A DNA stretch of 56,878 nucleotides, from IMG/VR virus record IMGVR_UViG_3300045988_061299; one strand, given 5' to 3'. The notes under the pieces were generated by a model. It ran no database searches, was not told the DNA's origin, and saw nothing but the letters and a program-made list of their open reading frames with translations. This DNA comes from a virus. A program made the position numbers and the translations under genes. Of this stretch, positions 18,515 through 28,682 are shown one piece after another. The stretch's first letter is position 1. Each line of letters starts with the position of its first letter.

Positions 18515-18685
18515 AATTTTTACCCTTTCCCACCCTATCACCATATAGGGAAAGGTGCGGATTTTACACCGCACCTACCTTTTAAATTGATTATTCTGTT
18601 ACATCATCAAGATATGATGTGTAGTCGGCTGTTTTGGCGTTTGTGCCACCAATCGACACAGCCTTTGATTTAGTCGATTGGCTTA

Positions 18686-19168
18686 TTATTCCCCCACCTT
18701 TGTTACTGTGAATGTGCCACCAGCACCCTCGACAACTTGAAGCTTGTCTGTGCATTCGATAGGTGAAGTGTTAGGAACTGCTGTTACTGTCATTTCAAGT
18801 ACCGAATCAGTACCAGAAACATCATTAGGCGTTGCTGTTACCTGCCCGACAAATGCGTACTTAGCAACCGCACCTAATCCGTCAGAACCATATAACTGAA
18901 TAATATCTAACTGCTTGCCCTCTGCTTTGATTAAGTCCTGCAAATAAGCCTTTTCAAGGTTTCCTGTGTAAGTCTTAGCGTCAGATGTTTTGATACCCAT
19001 TAAGAATGTCTGTGAATCATCTTCAAATGTTGTACTTTCAACTGTGTTAGGTGCTGATACTGGTGCTGAAATTGACTTGGCCGCAACCATTAACTTGTAT
19101 GAGCCTGCAAAACCATCTTCGCTATGCTCCTTGTAGATAACCCTAGCTTTATAACTTGTACTTGCCAT
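18686..19168 (-). CDS. major tail protein
   Basis: 160 aa, Thr/Val-rich and beta-type in composition. Called from position upstream of the chaperones. Confidence 0.65.
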   Translation of the reverse strand: MASTSYKARVIYKEHSEDGFAGSYKLMVAAKSISAPVSAPNTVESTTFEDDSQTFLMGIKTSDAKTYTGNLEKAYLQDLIKAEGKQLDIIQLYGSDGLGAVAKYAFVGQVTATPNDVSGTDSVLEMTVTAVPNTSPIECTDKLQVVEGAGGTFTVTKVGE

Positions 19169-19223
19169 CGCCTTGTTTACCTCCTAAAAATTTGCAAAAA
19201 AATAAGAGCATTTCTGCTCTTTG

Positions 19224-19640
19224 TTACATTAATCTGTCATTTGCCGCTATCATTCGTCTGAATCTAGCGGTACTCTTGTGTACTTTGTTGCTGATTGAAA
19301 ATTCTGGCATTGCATTGCCTTGAAATCTCATTATCTTGAATGCATCTGTAATTATTGCCATAACTTTGCGGCAATCAGACTTATTTGTGTTAGTTGTAAC
19401 ATCTACTTGGAATGTTGCTAACAAAGCATTAATTGTCTGCCCGTCAAGTGTTTGTCCTTGTTCTATCGCCGGTAACAGATGTATGTATACCGTTGGGAAC
19501 ACCGCTTGACCGCTGTTTTCTCCCTCATTTGTTATAACTATCTTGGGGTACGCTTTCTTTAATTGTGTTAGGGTTTTAGCCTTGACAAGTGCTGTGACTG
19601 TGTTTTCAAGGTCTATCGCCCAATCATTAGCGTTTGCCAT
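19224..19640 (-). CDS. putative tail terminator / tail completion protein
   Basis: Called from position only. Confidence 0.4.
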   Translation of the reverse strand: MANANDWAIDLENTVTALVKAKTLTQLKKAYPKIVITNEGENSGQAVFPTVYIHLLPAIEQGQTLDGQTINALLATFQVDVTTNTNKSDCRKVMAIITDAFKIMRFQGNAMPEFSISNKVHKSTARFRRMIAANDRLM

Positions 19641-20182
19641 TAACTAAACACCTCTTTCGCTATCCGCTTATACTGATTAACAATTTCCATTGTGGCGTTG
19701 TACATAGGCATTGTAGCTTTAACGCCGTGTGTGTAGTGCCATTGATTATCACTTCCAAGGTAATACCACCCATCTTCAAATGCGTGTATCTGCCCCGGAT
19801 ATGTGCCTACGCCTAAGTTGAAATCATTAGCCTTAGGGTTTTCGTTGCCGCTGTTGTAGTAAATACCAGCACCAAATTCAATCGCTAACAGTGTGTAAAA
19901 TGGCTCTCTATCTTCTACCTCAACAGTTTTACCTGTAGCAATTAAAATAGCTTGGTAGCCATCTTGAATAGGCTTTCTGTCAACTCTTAATGTTACTGTT
20001 CTGCCTAATGGACTTTCATTAGCACTCATAATTGCCGCTTTGTCGCCTAATTCTGCTAATCGTTCAACAAGCAATTCGCACTTATACTGTAATGTTTGCT
20101 TATACTGTTGTAGCTGTCTTATTGCCCCTTGTATTGAACTTTCTGATAAAGATACATTAATTGTATGTTTAGCCATAGTCAC
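19640..20182 (-). CDS. putative head-tail joining protein (HK97 gp10-like)
   Basis: Called from position and the N-terminal helical pattern. Confidence 0.4.
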   Translation of the reverse strand: MTMAKHTINVSLSESSIQGAIRQLQQYKQTLQYKCELLVERLAELGDKAAIMSANESPLGRTVTLRVDRKPIQDGYQAILIATGKTVEVEDREPFYTLLAIEFGAGIYYNSGNENPKANDFNLGVGTYPGQIHAFEDGWYYLGSDNQWHYTHGVKATMPMYNATMEIVNQYKRIAKEVFS

Positions 20183-20629
20183 CTACTTTACAACCGCTTT
20201 AAGCATATACTTAGTTGAACACAATGCCGGTTTCGTGCCTACAATCGTGAAGTCCGCTGATGTTTCATCAACAAGGCTATCATCTGTGTATGTAGGCTTG
20301 CTATCAAGCCAAATAAGGTCGCCTTTTTGAACAGGCAACATATTCCTATCTGTCAGTAAAATAGCATCAAAATCAGCGGTATCAAAGCCATATTCTTTGC
20401 TCTGTGCTTCTCCACCGCTGAACGATATGTTAGCTTTAAAATCAACCGGCTCTGAAAAGCCTGTTTTCTCTTCAAGGACTTTGGGTATTTTATTACCCTC
20501 ACTATCGAGATATGGTTCTCCGTCATTATCGGTGTAATAAAGGATATTGCCATCATCATCTCTTTCGTAGATAGTTACAGTTTGTCCTTGAAGCGAATAC
20601 TTCATAGCCTGCTTATTAATATCAAGCAT
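20183..20629 (-). CDS. putative head-closure / stopper protein
   Basis: Called from position only. Confidence 0.35.
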   Translation of the reverse strand: MLDINKQAMKYSLQGQTVTIYERDDDGNILYYTDNDGEPYLDSEGNKIPKVLEEKTGFSEPVDFKANISFSGGEAQSKEYGFDTADFDAILLTDRNMLPVQKGDLIWLDSKPTYTDDSLVDETSADFTIVGTKPALCSTKYMLKAVVK

Positions 20630-20956
20630 TTACTTCACATCCTTGCCAAAACGCTTCCATAAATCGGATAATTTCTCCCAGCCAAACATTGCAACAAACG
20701 CAACGATAAAGCCTGCCATAATAGCCGCAAGTATCATATACCACAGTATCGTCATATGAATGTACTGCATATATGCGATAAACGCCGTAACTGTGATACC
20801 GATAGATAAAACGAACACAATTATGTCCGTAGGTACTTTATTGAATATGCTTATATTCTTGATTACCTGTGTAATTACAGATACAAGAAAAGCAATAGCT
20901 CCGATAATTGCTAATATAAGTGTCATGTTTGCAATTAATGTCTGAATAATATCCAT
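20630..20956 (-). CDS. three-TM membrane protein with a charged C-terminus (class I holin-like)
   Basis: Three hydrophobic helices and the tail EKLSDLWKRFGKDVK. Confidence 0.55.
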   Translation of the reverse strand: MDIIQTLIANMTLILAIIGAIAFLVSVITQVIKNISIFNKVPTDIIVFVLSIGITVTAFIAYMQYIHMTILWYMILAAIMAGFIVAFVAMFGWEKLSDLWKRFGKDVK

Positions 20957-20959
20957 TAT

Positions 20960-21283
20960 CTACACCTCCTTGTCATCATTAAGTCTTGTCTCTATGCCAT
21001 CAATTCTGTGATGCGCCGACTTAACACTTTCTTCAACTTTAATTATCCTACTATCGTGAGAATTAAGCTCTTTCCGCATTTCTGTGACTTCGTTCTTAAT
21101 CTCCGTTGTATTGTTGGATATTGCGTCAAGTTTCATATTTATTCGCGTGTTCTCTTTCACACGTTCTTCAAGTTCTACTCTGTCACTTCGTTTATCATTC
21201 TTAGAGTTGAATGATAAACTGAAAAATCCGAAAAAGACGGAAAAAGCAACTGAAATTATGCTTATAATTACTGCTATTGGCAT
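20960..21283 (-). CDS. N-terminal TM helix plus coiled-coil protein (BhlA/UviB-type holin-like)
   Basis: Start MPIAVIISIISVAFSVFFGFFSL follows AAAGGCGG and is followed by a charged coiled coil. Confidence 0.45.
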   Translation of the reverse strand: MPIAVIISIISVAFSVFFGFFSLSFNSKNDKRSDRVELEERVKENTRINMKLDAISNNTTEIKNEVTEMRKELNSHDSRIIKVEESVKSAHHRIDGIETRLNDDKEV

Positions 21284-21373
21284 TGATATACCGCCTTTCA
21301 TAATTAATAATGGCACACCGCCCACCACCCTTAATGTGTGCCGCCTGCTACCGTATTGGTAACGCACAATCTT

Positions 21374-21751
21374 CTATAAAACCTTAGTAAAAGGAAATAC
21401 CCCGACAAATAAGCTGTCTCTATCTCTCCAAGTTCTGTTGACGCCATTCTCATTGTAACTTGCCATAAATGCTTCACCTGCTTGTGAATGGTCGTAGACA
21501 GCCAGATTAACAATAACGCTCTCAAATTTCTTCAAGTCCTCGGTTATCATTTCGTCTGTGTAGCTGTCAGGATAATTTCTTCTTGCCTTTACATCTTCTG
21601 TAGCCTGTTTAATAAGCTGTTCGATTATTGGATTATTTTCTTTGTTATCGAACACTACCACATCAGATGTTGTTTCATCATCATTTGTGACTGTATCAAT
21701 ATGAAATTGTTTAAGTCTGATTTTGACCTGTTCTAATGTGGTGTATTCCAT
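21374..21751 (-). CDS. head-tail connector (gp6/gp15-like adaptor)
   Basis: The start LEQVKIRLKQ and the later IEQLIKQATEDVKARRNYP are typical of Phage_connect_1. Confidence 0.6.
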   Translation of the reverse strand: MEYTTLEQVKIRLKQFHIDTVTNDDETTSDVVVFDNKENNPIIEQLIKQATEDVKARRNYPDSYTDEMITEDLKKFESVIVNLAVYDHSQAGEAFMASYNENGVNRTWRDRDSLFVGVFPFTKVL

Positions 21752-21760
21752 AACTATCTC

Positions 21761-22117
21761 CTATAATCCTAATTTCTCAATTAACAGCTTCTTTAATTCT
21801 GCTCCTGTGAGTTCTTCTGCATTGTCTATACCTTGTTCTGCAGCAAATGCCTGTAAATCAGATGTAGACATACGATTTATAGCTGTCTTATTCAAATCCT
21901 TGCTATGTTCATTCGGCAAATCTACAGGTTTTACAGAACTATTATTATTCTGCATACCTTTTATTAGCGGTTTGCCGATTTTATTTTCTGTGGTTGCAAG
22001 TTCTCTGATTCTTGACGGAGTTGTTTCTGAACCATTTCTAGGGTATTCATCTCCAACTTCGTATATGTGATTAAAGTCTTGTAAATCCATAAACCTGTAA
22101 ATTACCTTATAACTCAT
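21761..22117 (-). CDS. hypothetical protein with a C-terminal Rho-N/HeH (SAP-like) motif
   Basis: C-terminus is LTGAELKKLLIEKLGL. It follows the capsid gene. Confidence 0.5.
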   Translation of the reverse strand: MSYKVIYRFMDLQDFNHIYEVGDEYPRNGSETTPSRIRELATTENKIGKPLIKGMQNNNSSVKPVDLPNEHSKDLNKTAINRMSTSDLQAFAAEQGIDNAEELTGAELKKLLIEKLGL

Positions 22118-22128
22118 AACAATTCTCC

Positions 22129-23001
22129 TTACGCCGCTTCTGCCTCTGTGATTGTGGACTTGATAATTCCGTCAAGTCTTTCAGCAAAAAGTACAATGCC
22201 GGAAACCACTGTGTCAGAAGCTGTCATATTGCTGTAGTCCGGTGTTTCGTGAATACCAATAAGACCTGTCTGGTCTGATGTAAAATCAAAAGCTTCTCCG
22301 AGATCTGCACCATTAACAGGAATGTAATACAGTACGATATTGTCTTTTGCTGTTGCGTAGATGGTTCCCTTTGGTACTTTGCTGTCAAAAATAACAGTTC
22401 CAAGACCGAGGAAGTTCTCTACATAAGTCATACCGAATGCTGTCTGTAATGTAATCTGTGCTTTAGCAAGATAATCAGCTACATCAAGTGGATTCATAAA
22501 ATACACAGCTTCGATTGAATCGTCTTCAAACTTGACCTGTAACTGTCCCCAAGCCTGTGCAAGTGCTGCCTGAAAGCCTACGCCTGTTGCTGTTCCTGTG
22601 CCTGTTGCAAGGAATGTGAAAAAGTCGCCTCTAATGCCTTTCTGAACATCAAGTAACATTCTGTCAGTTGTCATCTGTACCGCCTGGTCATAGCCTCCAC
22701 TGATAATCGCCTCTGCTGATGTGGCTTTTCTCCACTTCTTCAAAGTGATTTCCTTGTAGTTTACTGCAGCTGTCTGATACTTAGAGAGTGGGATTGTTTC
22801 GCCCTCTGCGACTTCTCCGTTTTCAAGTGTTCCTGTAGCCTTGTAGGACTTTAATGTGTAGCCCGCCTGCTTTGGAATCTTTCTTGTTACTCCAAGTGCC
22901 TCAATTAACTTCTTGATGTTCTCACTAAAAATGTTTACAAACTCAACCTCTCTTGCTCTTACAAGGTCAGCTTTCTTAATTAAATTTTCTTCTGCTGCCA
23001 T
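22129..23001 (-). CDS. major capsid protein
   Basis: 290 aa, located after the scaffold gene, with composition typical of a capsid protein. Confidence 0.75.
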   Translation of the reverse strand: MAAEENLIKKADLVRAREVEFVNIFSENIKKLIEALGVTRKIPKQAGYTLKSYKATGTLENGEVAEGETIPLSKYQTAAVNYKEITLKKWRKATSAEAIISGGYDQAVQMTTDRMLLDVQKGIRGDFFTFLATGTGTATGVGFQAALAQAWGQLQVKFEDDSIEAVYFMNPLDVADYLAKAQITLQTAFGMTYVENFLGLGTVIFDSKVPKGTIYATAKDNIVLYYIPVNGADLGEAFDFTSDQTGLIGIHETPDYSNMTASDTVVSGIVLFAERLDGIIKSTITEAEAA

Positions 23002-23010
23002 ATTTACCTC

Positions 23011-23577
23011 CTAATTAAATAAATCCATATTCATAGCAATAGCTTTTCTACGCTCATTTCTGTCCGGAATAGCCATAATCTGTTCCTTTGTCATGCCGGA
23101 ATATTCTCCCCCTGCATTAACTCTAGGTCTTGATTTCATCCATTCAGCCTGTGCTTCTGCGACTGCTGTTTTCTTTTCAGCTTCTATAATTGCTGCAATA
23201 GTGTTATGGTCTGCGTCCGAAACTGCATCAATCAGTTTTTCTACAGACTTTTCAGATACGCTCTTGTAAGCATTAACCGCTTTAATATGATTAAGTTCTT
23301 TTACAGCTTCCTCATACTTCTCATTCTGTAAGCGTTCCGCTTCTGCCTTAGCTTCCGCTTCCTGCTCCTCGGTTGTCTGCTTTGCTCTTAAAGCCTTGGT
23401 AAGCTCTCCTTTTTCCCTTAAAGCCTTATCAAGTGCCTGCTTTTCCTTGGCTCTGTCTGCCTTTTCTGTAGCAAGCTGTGCCATCAGTTCTTCAACTGTG
23501 GGTGTATTTGGCTTTACTTCGGTTGTCTGTGTATCTGTTGGGTTTTCGGTTGCTGTTGATTTAGCTTCATCTGCCAT
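23011..23577 (-). CDS. scaffolding protein
   Basis: Ala/Glu/Lys-rich coiled coil between the portal and capsid genes. Confidence 0.7.
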   Translation of the reverse strand: MADEAKSTATENPTDTQTTEVKPNTPTVEELMAQLATEKADRAKEKQALDKALREKGELTKALRAKQTTEEQEAEAKAEAERLQNEKYEEAVKELNHIKAVNAYKSVSEKSVEKLIDAVSDADHNTIAAIIEAEKKTAVAEAQAEWMKSRPRVNAGGEYSGMTKEQIMAIPDRNERRKAIAMNMDLFN

Positions 23578-23692
23578 TTTCGTTACCTCACTTTTCTGTG
23601 TTTTCTTGACTTCTCTGTCTCATTGTGTTTTATCCACTTCTCTGTGCATATAAAAAGCCACTGGGATAATTCCCAGTGGCTATATACCTTGA

Positions 23693-25249
23693 TTATTTAT
23701 TTGTTCTGCTCTTATCAATCAGAGGGCTGTTGCTAACTTGGTCGCTCAAGTCTTGCATCGTGCGGTCATTGTTAGTTGTATCATCTTTAATATTGCCCTT
23801 TTGTATTTTTTCAACCGTTTCCTTGCTTGCTTCCCAAACTTCGTTAGGGTCGTCAAATACAGGAATTGCATTAAGTACTTTCCCTCCATTAATGCCTGTA
23901 TTAATAAGTGTTGCTATACTGTTGACTTTTGTTGATAATTCATATAGCTTTTGTCTCTTAATGTTAATTTCAATATCCTCAAGGCTTATAAGCCTTAATG
24001 GACTATCTTGTGGGACATACGGACTTTTATCAATAGCCGCAAGAACTACTTCTAGTTCATCCATTTTGCAGCTTTCGGTTATCATCTGTAACTTTGTTGC
24101 TGCTGCCTCTGCGTGATCCCATCCACTTGCATTACTAGCCGCAACACCTGTTATGTTAGACGCATTGTCATTTGTAAGTGGAACATTGCATTTTTCAAGT
24201 ATCTTGTTTCTGCGATATTGAATGTTATTGAGCATCCCTGTGTAATCGTAATTAATTGCAAGAGATTCAACAATTGGTGTCTTTCCGTCTGCAGATGTAT
24301 AAGTCTGCATCCATTCGCCGGATTTCGGCTTTCTCACAGTTTCTTCAATAGTCTGTGTGCCATCCTCATTGTCTGTAACTTTTCTCTCTACAGGAAAGTC
24401 AACATCGTTTGTATGCCATACCGCCTGCGTATTCTGTTCAACATCATTGGTAAAGTCTGAAATAAGTAAGTTTAGATTATCTAACTCAGACATTTGATGT
24501 TCCCAAACTCCCATGCGGTCATATGCCCTAAAATATTCAACTATAGGCACAATTCCAAGCGGATTTACTTCCCCGCTTCTTTGCTGATGTCTCCACGCTT
24601 CTTTTTTCGTATAATCTCCATTTGCAATCTCATTAAGATTAACTATCTCAAAACGATAATCTTTTGTAAAACAGGTGTAGTAGTTGTTTCCAGTTATTCT
24701 ATCATATCTGTAAGTAACGCCCATCATTGTTCGTTTATCGGAATAATAGCTTGACTTCACTACAAATGATGTTCTTGGGTCTAATATATCTAATGTAAAA
24801 TATGGTTTATTCTTTTTCCATTCCATATTTACATCTACAAGAACATTACATATTGCCCCGATTGTTACATATCTTCCTAAATCTTGTGTCTTTGCCTTAA
24901 TTTTTGCAAGTTCGTACTGTTTGTTAAGCTCTGATATTCCGTCTGCGACGAATTTCTCTTTTCCATCACCATTCTGCACAAGTGAAATAGGATTCCCCCA
25001 AGCGAATGAAGTCCAAAATTCTGATGCTTGATGAGCGACATTATCTATACACTCACAATCAATGTCCGGTCTGTAAGTTTTGGGGTTCTTCCTAATTATC
25101 GGCTGTATTCCTGCATCGTAATCAAGAAGATACTGTATTCTGTTGGCGTTTTGTATGTGTGTTGAAAAGACATCTCTTAATACATCTAACACATTTTCAT
25201 ATGTTATTTCCGGAACATCCGTTGTTAATACAATTCTTCCTGTCTGCAT
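23693..25249 (-). CDS. portal protein (SPP1 gp6-like)
   Basis: 518 aa, called from size and position. Confidence 0.75.
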   Translation of the reverse strand: MQTGRIVLTTDVPEITYENVLDVLRDVFSTHIQNANRIQYLLDYDAGIQPIIRKNPKTYRPDIDCECIDNVAHQASEFWTSFAWGNPISLVQNGDGKEKFVADGISELNKQYELAKIKAKTQDLGRYVTIGAICNVLVDVNMEWKKNKPYFTLDILDPRTSFVVKSSYYSDKRTMMGVTYRYDRITGNNYYTCFTKDYRFEIVNLNEIANGDYTKKEAWRHQQRSGEVNPLGIVPIVEYFRAYDRMGVWEHQMSELDNLNLLISDFTNDVEQNTQAVWHTNDVDFPVERKVTDNEDGTQTIEETVRKPKSGEWMQTYTSADGKTPIVESLAINYDYTGMLNNIQYRRNKILEKCNVPLTNDNASNITGVAASNASGWDHAEAAATKLQMITESCKMDELEVVLAAIDKSPYVPQDSPLRLISLEDIEINIKRQKLYELSTKVNSIATLINTGINGGKVLNAIPVFDDPNEVWEASKETVEKIQKGNIKDDTTNNDRTMQDLSDQVSNSPLIDKSRTNK

Positions 25250-25260
25250 TTCTTACACCT

Positions 25261-25470
25261 CTAATAAAATGTCATACCGCTTGAGCTTCTGCTATCCGGT
25301 ATTTCTTTAATTTGAAAATTGTCATCATCATTCGGCACATACCAAATCCATTTGCCGCAATGTTTGCAACCTAGTTTGTGTGTGCGTGGGTCTTTCTTAT
25401 CTGCCTTAGTTAGAAACTTATGGCAGTTCGGACACATAATTGACTTGTCTTTATTCATATAAAATTCCAT
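25261..25470 (-). CDS. small zinc-ribbon protein
   Basis: CPNC...CKHC motif. Confidence 0.45.
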   Translation of the reverse strand: MEFYMNKDKSIMCPNCHKFLTKADKKDPRTHKLGCKHCGKWIWYVPNDDDNFQIKEIPDSRSSSGMTFY

Positions 25471-25485
25471 ATATTACCTCTTTGC

Positions 25486-25521
25486 ATAACAAAAGCACCG
25501 CCACAATTAAGTAACGGTGCT
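25486..25521 (-). terminator. possible terminator after the sigma-like gene
   Basis: Minus sense reads AGCACCG-(14)-CGGTGCT followed by TTTTGTT. Confidence 0.4.
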
Positions 25522-25604
25522 TCTTGATAAGGAATGTTTTGTTTATGAAAAACAGCTCTGTAATTTCTTACAGATACAGTATATCATTAGTGCAATAGGA
25601 CATT

Positions 25605-26036
25605 CTAGGACAACTTTAAATAACTATTGCCATATTTTTCTTCAAATACTTTTAACGCTCTTCCATGAAGTCTTGTTACATTCCTGTATGAAAAATTCAT
25701 TTCTGTAGCAATTACTTCAAATGTCTTTTTTTCAATGTATCTTGAAAAAAGTACGTTGTAGTAATCTTCATCTTCTATACTGTCTATTTGCCCTATGATT
25801 GTATTTTTCTTATCAATGTATTCATCTATCATTTTATCAAGGTTACGTTCCATTTCGTCAATTTTGGCGTATGTAGTACCTATTTTATCTGGGTCTGATG
25901 ATGATAACACTCTTTCCTCATTCTTTACTGCCGATATGCTGCAAGAAAGCTCTCTAAGTTGTGCTATCTCTGTTAGCTTGTTATTTATCATACGATTAAG
26001 TCTACTGATTTGATTAAGATAATCCTTAGTTGTCAT
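25605..26036 (-). CDS. sigma-70 region-4-like HTH regulator (DUF1492/ArpU-class)
   Basis: YYNVLFSRYIEKKTFEVIATEMNFSYRNVTRLHGRALKVF. Confidence 0.5.
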   Translation of the reverse strand: MTTKDYLNQISRLNRMINNKLTEIAQLRELSCSISAVKNEERVLSSSDPDKIGTTYAKIDEMERNLDKMIDEYIDKKNTIIGQIDSIEDEDYYNVLFSRYIEKKTFEVIATEMNFSYRNVTRLHGRALKVFEEKYGNSYLKLS

Positions 26037-26050
26037 AATAGATTAACCTC

Positions 26051-27775
26051 CTATATTGGGCTTGACATAATGACTGTTTTTTTAACCCGATTTCCTTTTG
26101 TCATCCTCAATGCAAAGTTTGAAAAAACATCTGGAACATCATCAAGCTGTTTCTTCCCTGATACTGAATACTGTTTTAGCAACGACATCATTATTCCGTA
26201 TGGCTCATTAGGTTTGTAAAGTGATGAATCTTTAAAAATAATGTGTTGCAAAATCCAGTTAGAACATTGAAAAATTCTTGCTTCTTTGTTTGTTTCAGTC
26301 GGCGTGTCTGTAATATTACATATCCAACCTACACTCTCTACACGCTTATTAACCTCCATTGCAACCCTGTCGCCACCGGCATTACGCTCAAATTCGCACT
26401 CTTGCACTTTGTTATTTACAAGTACACCTGCGGCATTTCTGTATTGTTCTTCATAATCTGCTGTGTTATCACATACGCAATCAACGCAGTAATAATCTTC
26501 TCCGTGTTTCTGCAATACAGGTAGTACAAAATAATCCGTACCTTTTCCCTTTGTATCACATTGAGCTGTGATAATCTCCGGCTCTCCGTGTGGTAAATTG
26601 AGATATCTTCGGATTTTATCATCTGGAAACAGCAATCCCTCACGCTCTATAGGCTCCTGTTTGTATAAACACCTATAAGATATTTCGTCCATTAAAAGCT
26701 GTTGGTCTGCAAAAAATTCTTTTGTAAATCCACTATACTCATAATCAAAGTTGCTCTCACCTGTAACTGGATTAACATCCGGCACAGCGATAGTTTTAAC
26801 TCTTTTATTTCCTGCGTACATATTTTGTATTCTGCCAATAACATCGTGTACGCTCCAGCGTGTAGCAATATGTATTTCTTTGCAGTTATGTCCGTCCGTA
26901 TCTTGAATTTTTCTTTGTCTGGCATCTACCGCATATTTATCCCATAGCTTATCAAGTACCATAGGATTAAGTGCTTCTTCAATGCCGCCTATCATATCGT
27001 CTACAAGCAAAAATTTGCTTGCACGAACTTTACCAGCATTTTTACTGCCAACAGATGTACATTGTATGCTTGGAAATGGTTTGTATTTACCTACATTGAA
27101 CTGTTCAAGTTTTGCATTTGTGCTTGTGACTGTAAGATTAGGGAAAATTTCATTCCACGCATATTCGTCAGAATTTGTAACAATGTCATACACGCCATCG
27201 TAGTACATTCGTGTAATGTCGCCCGAATGAGAGTAAAAAAGACAAAAGTCATTAGGAAACCAGCCAGCAACTAAAGCATTGAACATTTTTTCAATGGTTG
27301 TTTTTCCTGCTCCTGGTATTAATGACACACACAATATATCGTATTTATCATCAATCATACCTTGCAATGCTTCTGTTAGCCCCATTTTTATAAATTGTTT
27401 GCGGCGTGGCATATAAAATCGCTCTTTAGGCTCTCTTTTCTTTTCAAGATACCTAAAACCGCTGTCAACAACTTTGTTTTGTGCTTCAATCAGCAAAATA
27501 TCGTAAAACCAATTAATCAGCTCATATTCCGTTTTATTTGCAAACGCATACTTCTCTAAATCCCATATCGTTCCACCTGTTTTAGCCGTGCAGAAGCCCT
27601 CTATAAGCTCTTTTGCCCTCTTAGTAAGCTGTAGCCCATACTCAATGTCTTTTTCGCCATTTATGGCTACACTGCAAGCCTCTACATAGGCATTAATTAC
27701 TTGCTCATCTATTCCGTTTTTTTCTATGTAATTTTCATATCCATCAACTGTGGAAATAAGGCTCTGACTAGCCAT
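26051..27775 (-). CDS. terL: terminase large subunit
   Basis: Walker A-like IPGAGKTT. Called from size and position before the portal gene. Confidence 0.8.
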   Translation of the reverse strand: MASQSLISTVDGYENYIEKNGIDEQVINAYVEACSVAINGEKDIEYGLQLTKRAKELIEGFCTAKTGGTIWDLEKYAFANKTEYELINWFYDILLIEAQNKVVDSGFRYLEKKREPKERFYMPRRKQFIKMGLTEALQGMIDDKYDILCVSLIPGAGKTTIEKMFNALVAGWFPNDFCLFYSHSGDITRMYYDGVYDIVTNSDEYAWNEIFPNLTVTSTNAKLEQFNVGKYKPFPSIQCTSVGSKNAGKVRASKFLLVDDMIGGIEEALNPMVLDKLWDKYAVDARQRKIQDTDGHNCKEIHIATRWSVHDVIGRIQNMYAGNKRVKTIAVPDVNPVTGESNFDYEYSGFTKEFFADQQLLMDEISYRCLYKQEPIEREGLLFPDDKIRRYLNLPHGEPEIITAQCDTKGKGTDYFVLPVLQKHGEDYYCVDCVCDNTADYEEQYRNAAGVLVNNKVQECEFERNAGGDRVAMEVNKRVESVGWICNITDTPTETNKEARIFQCSNWILQHIIFKDSSLYKPNEPYGIMMSLLKQYSVSGKKQLDDVPDVFSNFALRMTKGNRVKKTVIMSSPI

Positions 27776-27878
27776 AAAGAAAAGCACCTCCGCCTTTTAG
27801 CAGAAGTGCCTTATAGACCTCTGCCTATAATTGTTTTAGGGTAGCGACTACAATCAATCTGTAGCCGGTAAAATTTTA

Positions 27879-28259
27879 TTAGAGCAATACGTCATGAACA
27901 GCCGGATGCAATCTATTTAAAAGTGCATTATAGCCGTCAATTACATACTCTGCCGGAATCATATATATTTTAATGCCATATCTTTTTGCCGTTTCAATTT
28001 CAATGTAGCATCCGCACCAATCCCATGCCTCGTTTATTCCAATGAATACATCAGCCTGTGCCAGTTTTTTAAGGCTTTCTCCTAAAAACCAAATGGCTTG
28101 ATTGTTGTCTTTCGGTGGGTTATCCTCAATGTAACTGTCGATAAGCTCTAACTCCTTACCCTCGTATATTTCCGCAATCTTTTTCATCTTCTGGATGCTT
28201 GCTTTGATTTCTTCCTCTGTTCTGCCTTTCATCGGCACGCTTACGAATAATTTTTTCAT
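27879..28259 (-). CDS. nucleoside 2-deoxyribosyltransferase-like (DUF4406-class) protein
   Basis: Start MKKLFVSVPMKGRTEEE follows AAAGGAAAA. The fold pattern is flavodoxin-like. Confidence 0.35.
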   Translation of the reverse strand: MKKLFVSVPMKGRTEEEIKASIQKMKKIAEIYEGKELELIDSYIEDNPPKDNNQAIWFLGESLKKLAQADVFIGINEAWDWCGCYIEIETAKRYGIKIYMIPAEYVIDGYNALLNRLHPAVHDVLL

Positions 28260-28289
28260 AATATTTTCCTTTCTGCTGATAATCAGCAA

Positions 28290-28682
28290 TTATCGTTCTA
28301 ATTCGTCAATCCTATTTTCAAGTATTGCCACGCACTCTCTCATTTTTTGTCCGTCCTTTTCTGAAAGACATTCAGCACTAACAGTACCTATTTTCCATGA
28401 TATGTCCTTTAAGTATTGGATTGCATTTTCAACTTTGTTATCATCACGATTAAATTCTTCGCACAAACACTTAGCAATATCTTTAAATGGCTGTGGGTTG
28501 TCTAGCCTTGAATTGGCTTCTGCTATAGAACAATGCTTATATTGTATTATTGCGTCCATTGCAAAGTCTCTATCCAAATTAACCCCTAAAAATCGGTCTG
28601 TAACTGTATTCCATATGGCATACAGATTGTCTACATCATCTTGCAATGCAACTATTAACATAATCTCACTCCTTTTCTTCAC
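28290..28682 (-). CDS. hypothetical protein
   Basis: 130-aa ORF. Confidence 0.45.
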   Translation of the reverse strand: MKKRSEIMLIVALQDDVDNLYAIWNTVTDRFLGVNLDRDFAMDAIIQYKHCSIAEANSRLDNPQPFKDIAKCLCEEFNRDDNKVENAIQYLKDISWKIGTVSAECLSEKDGQKMRECVAILENRIDELER

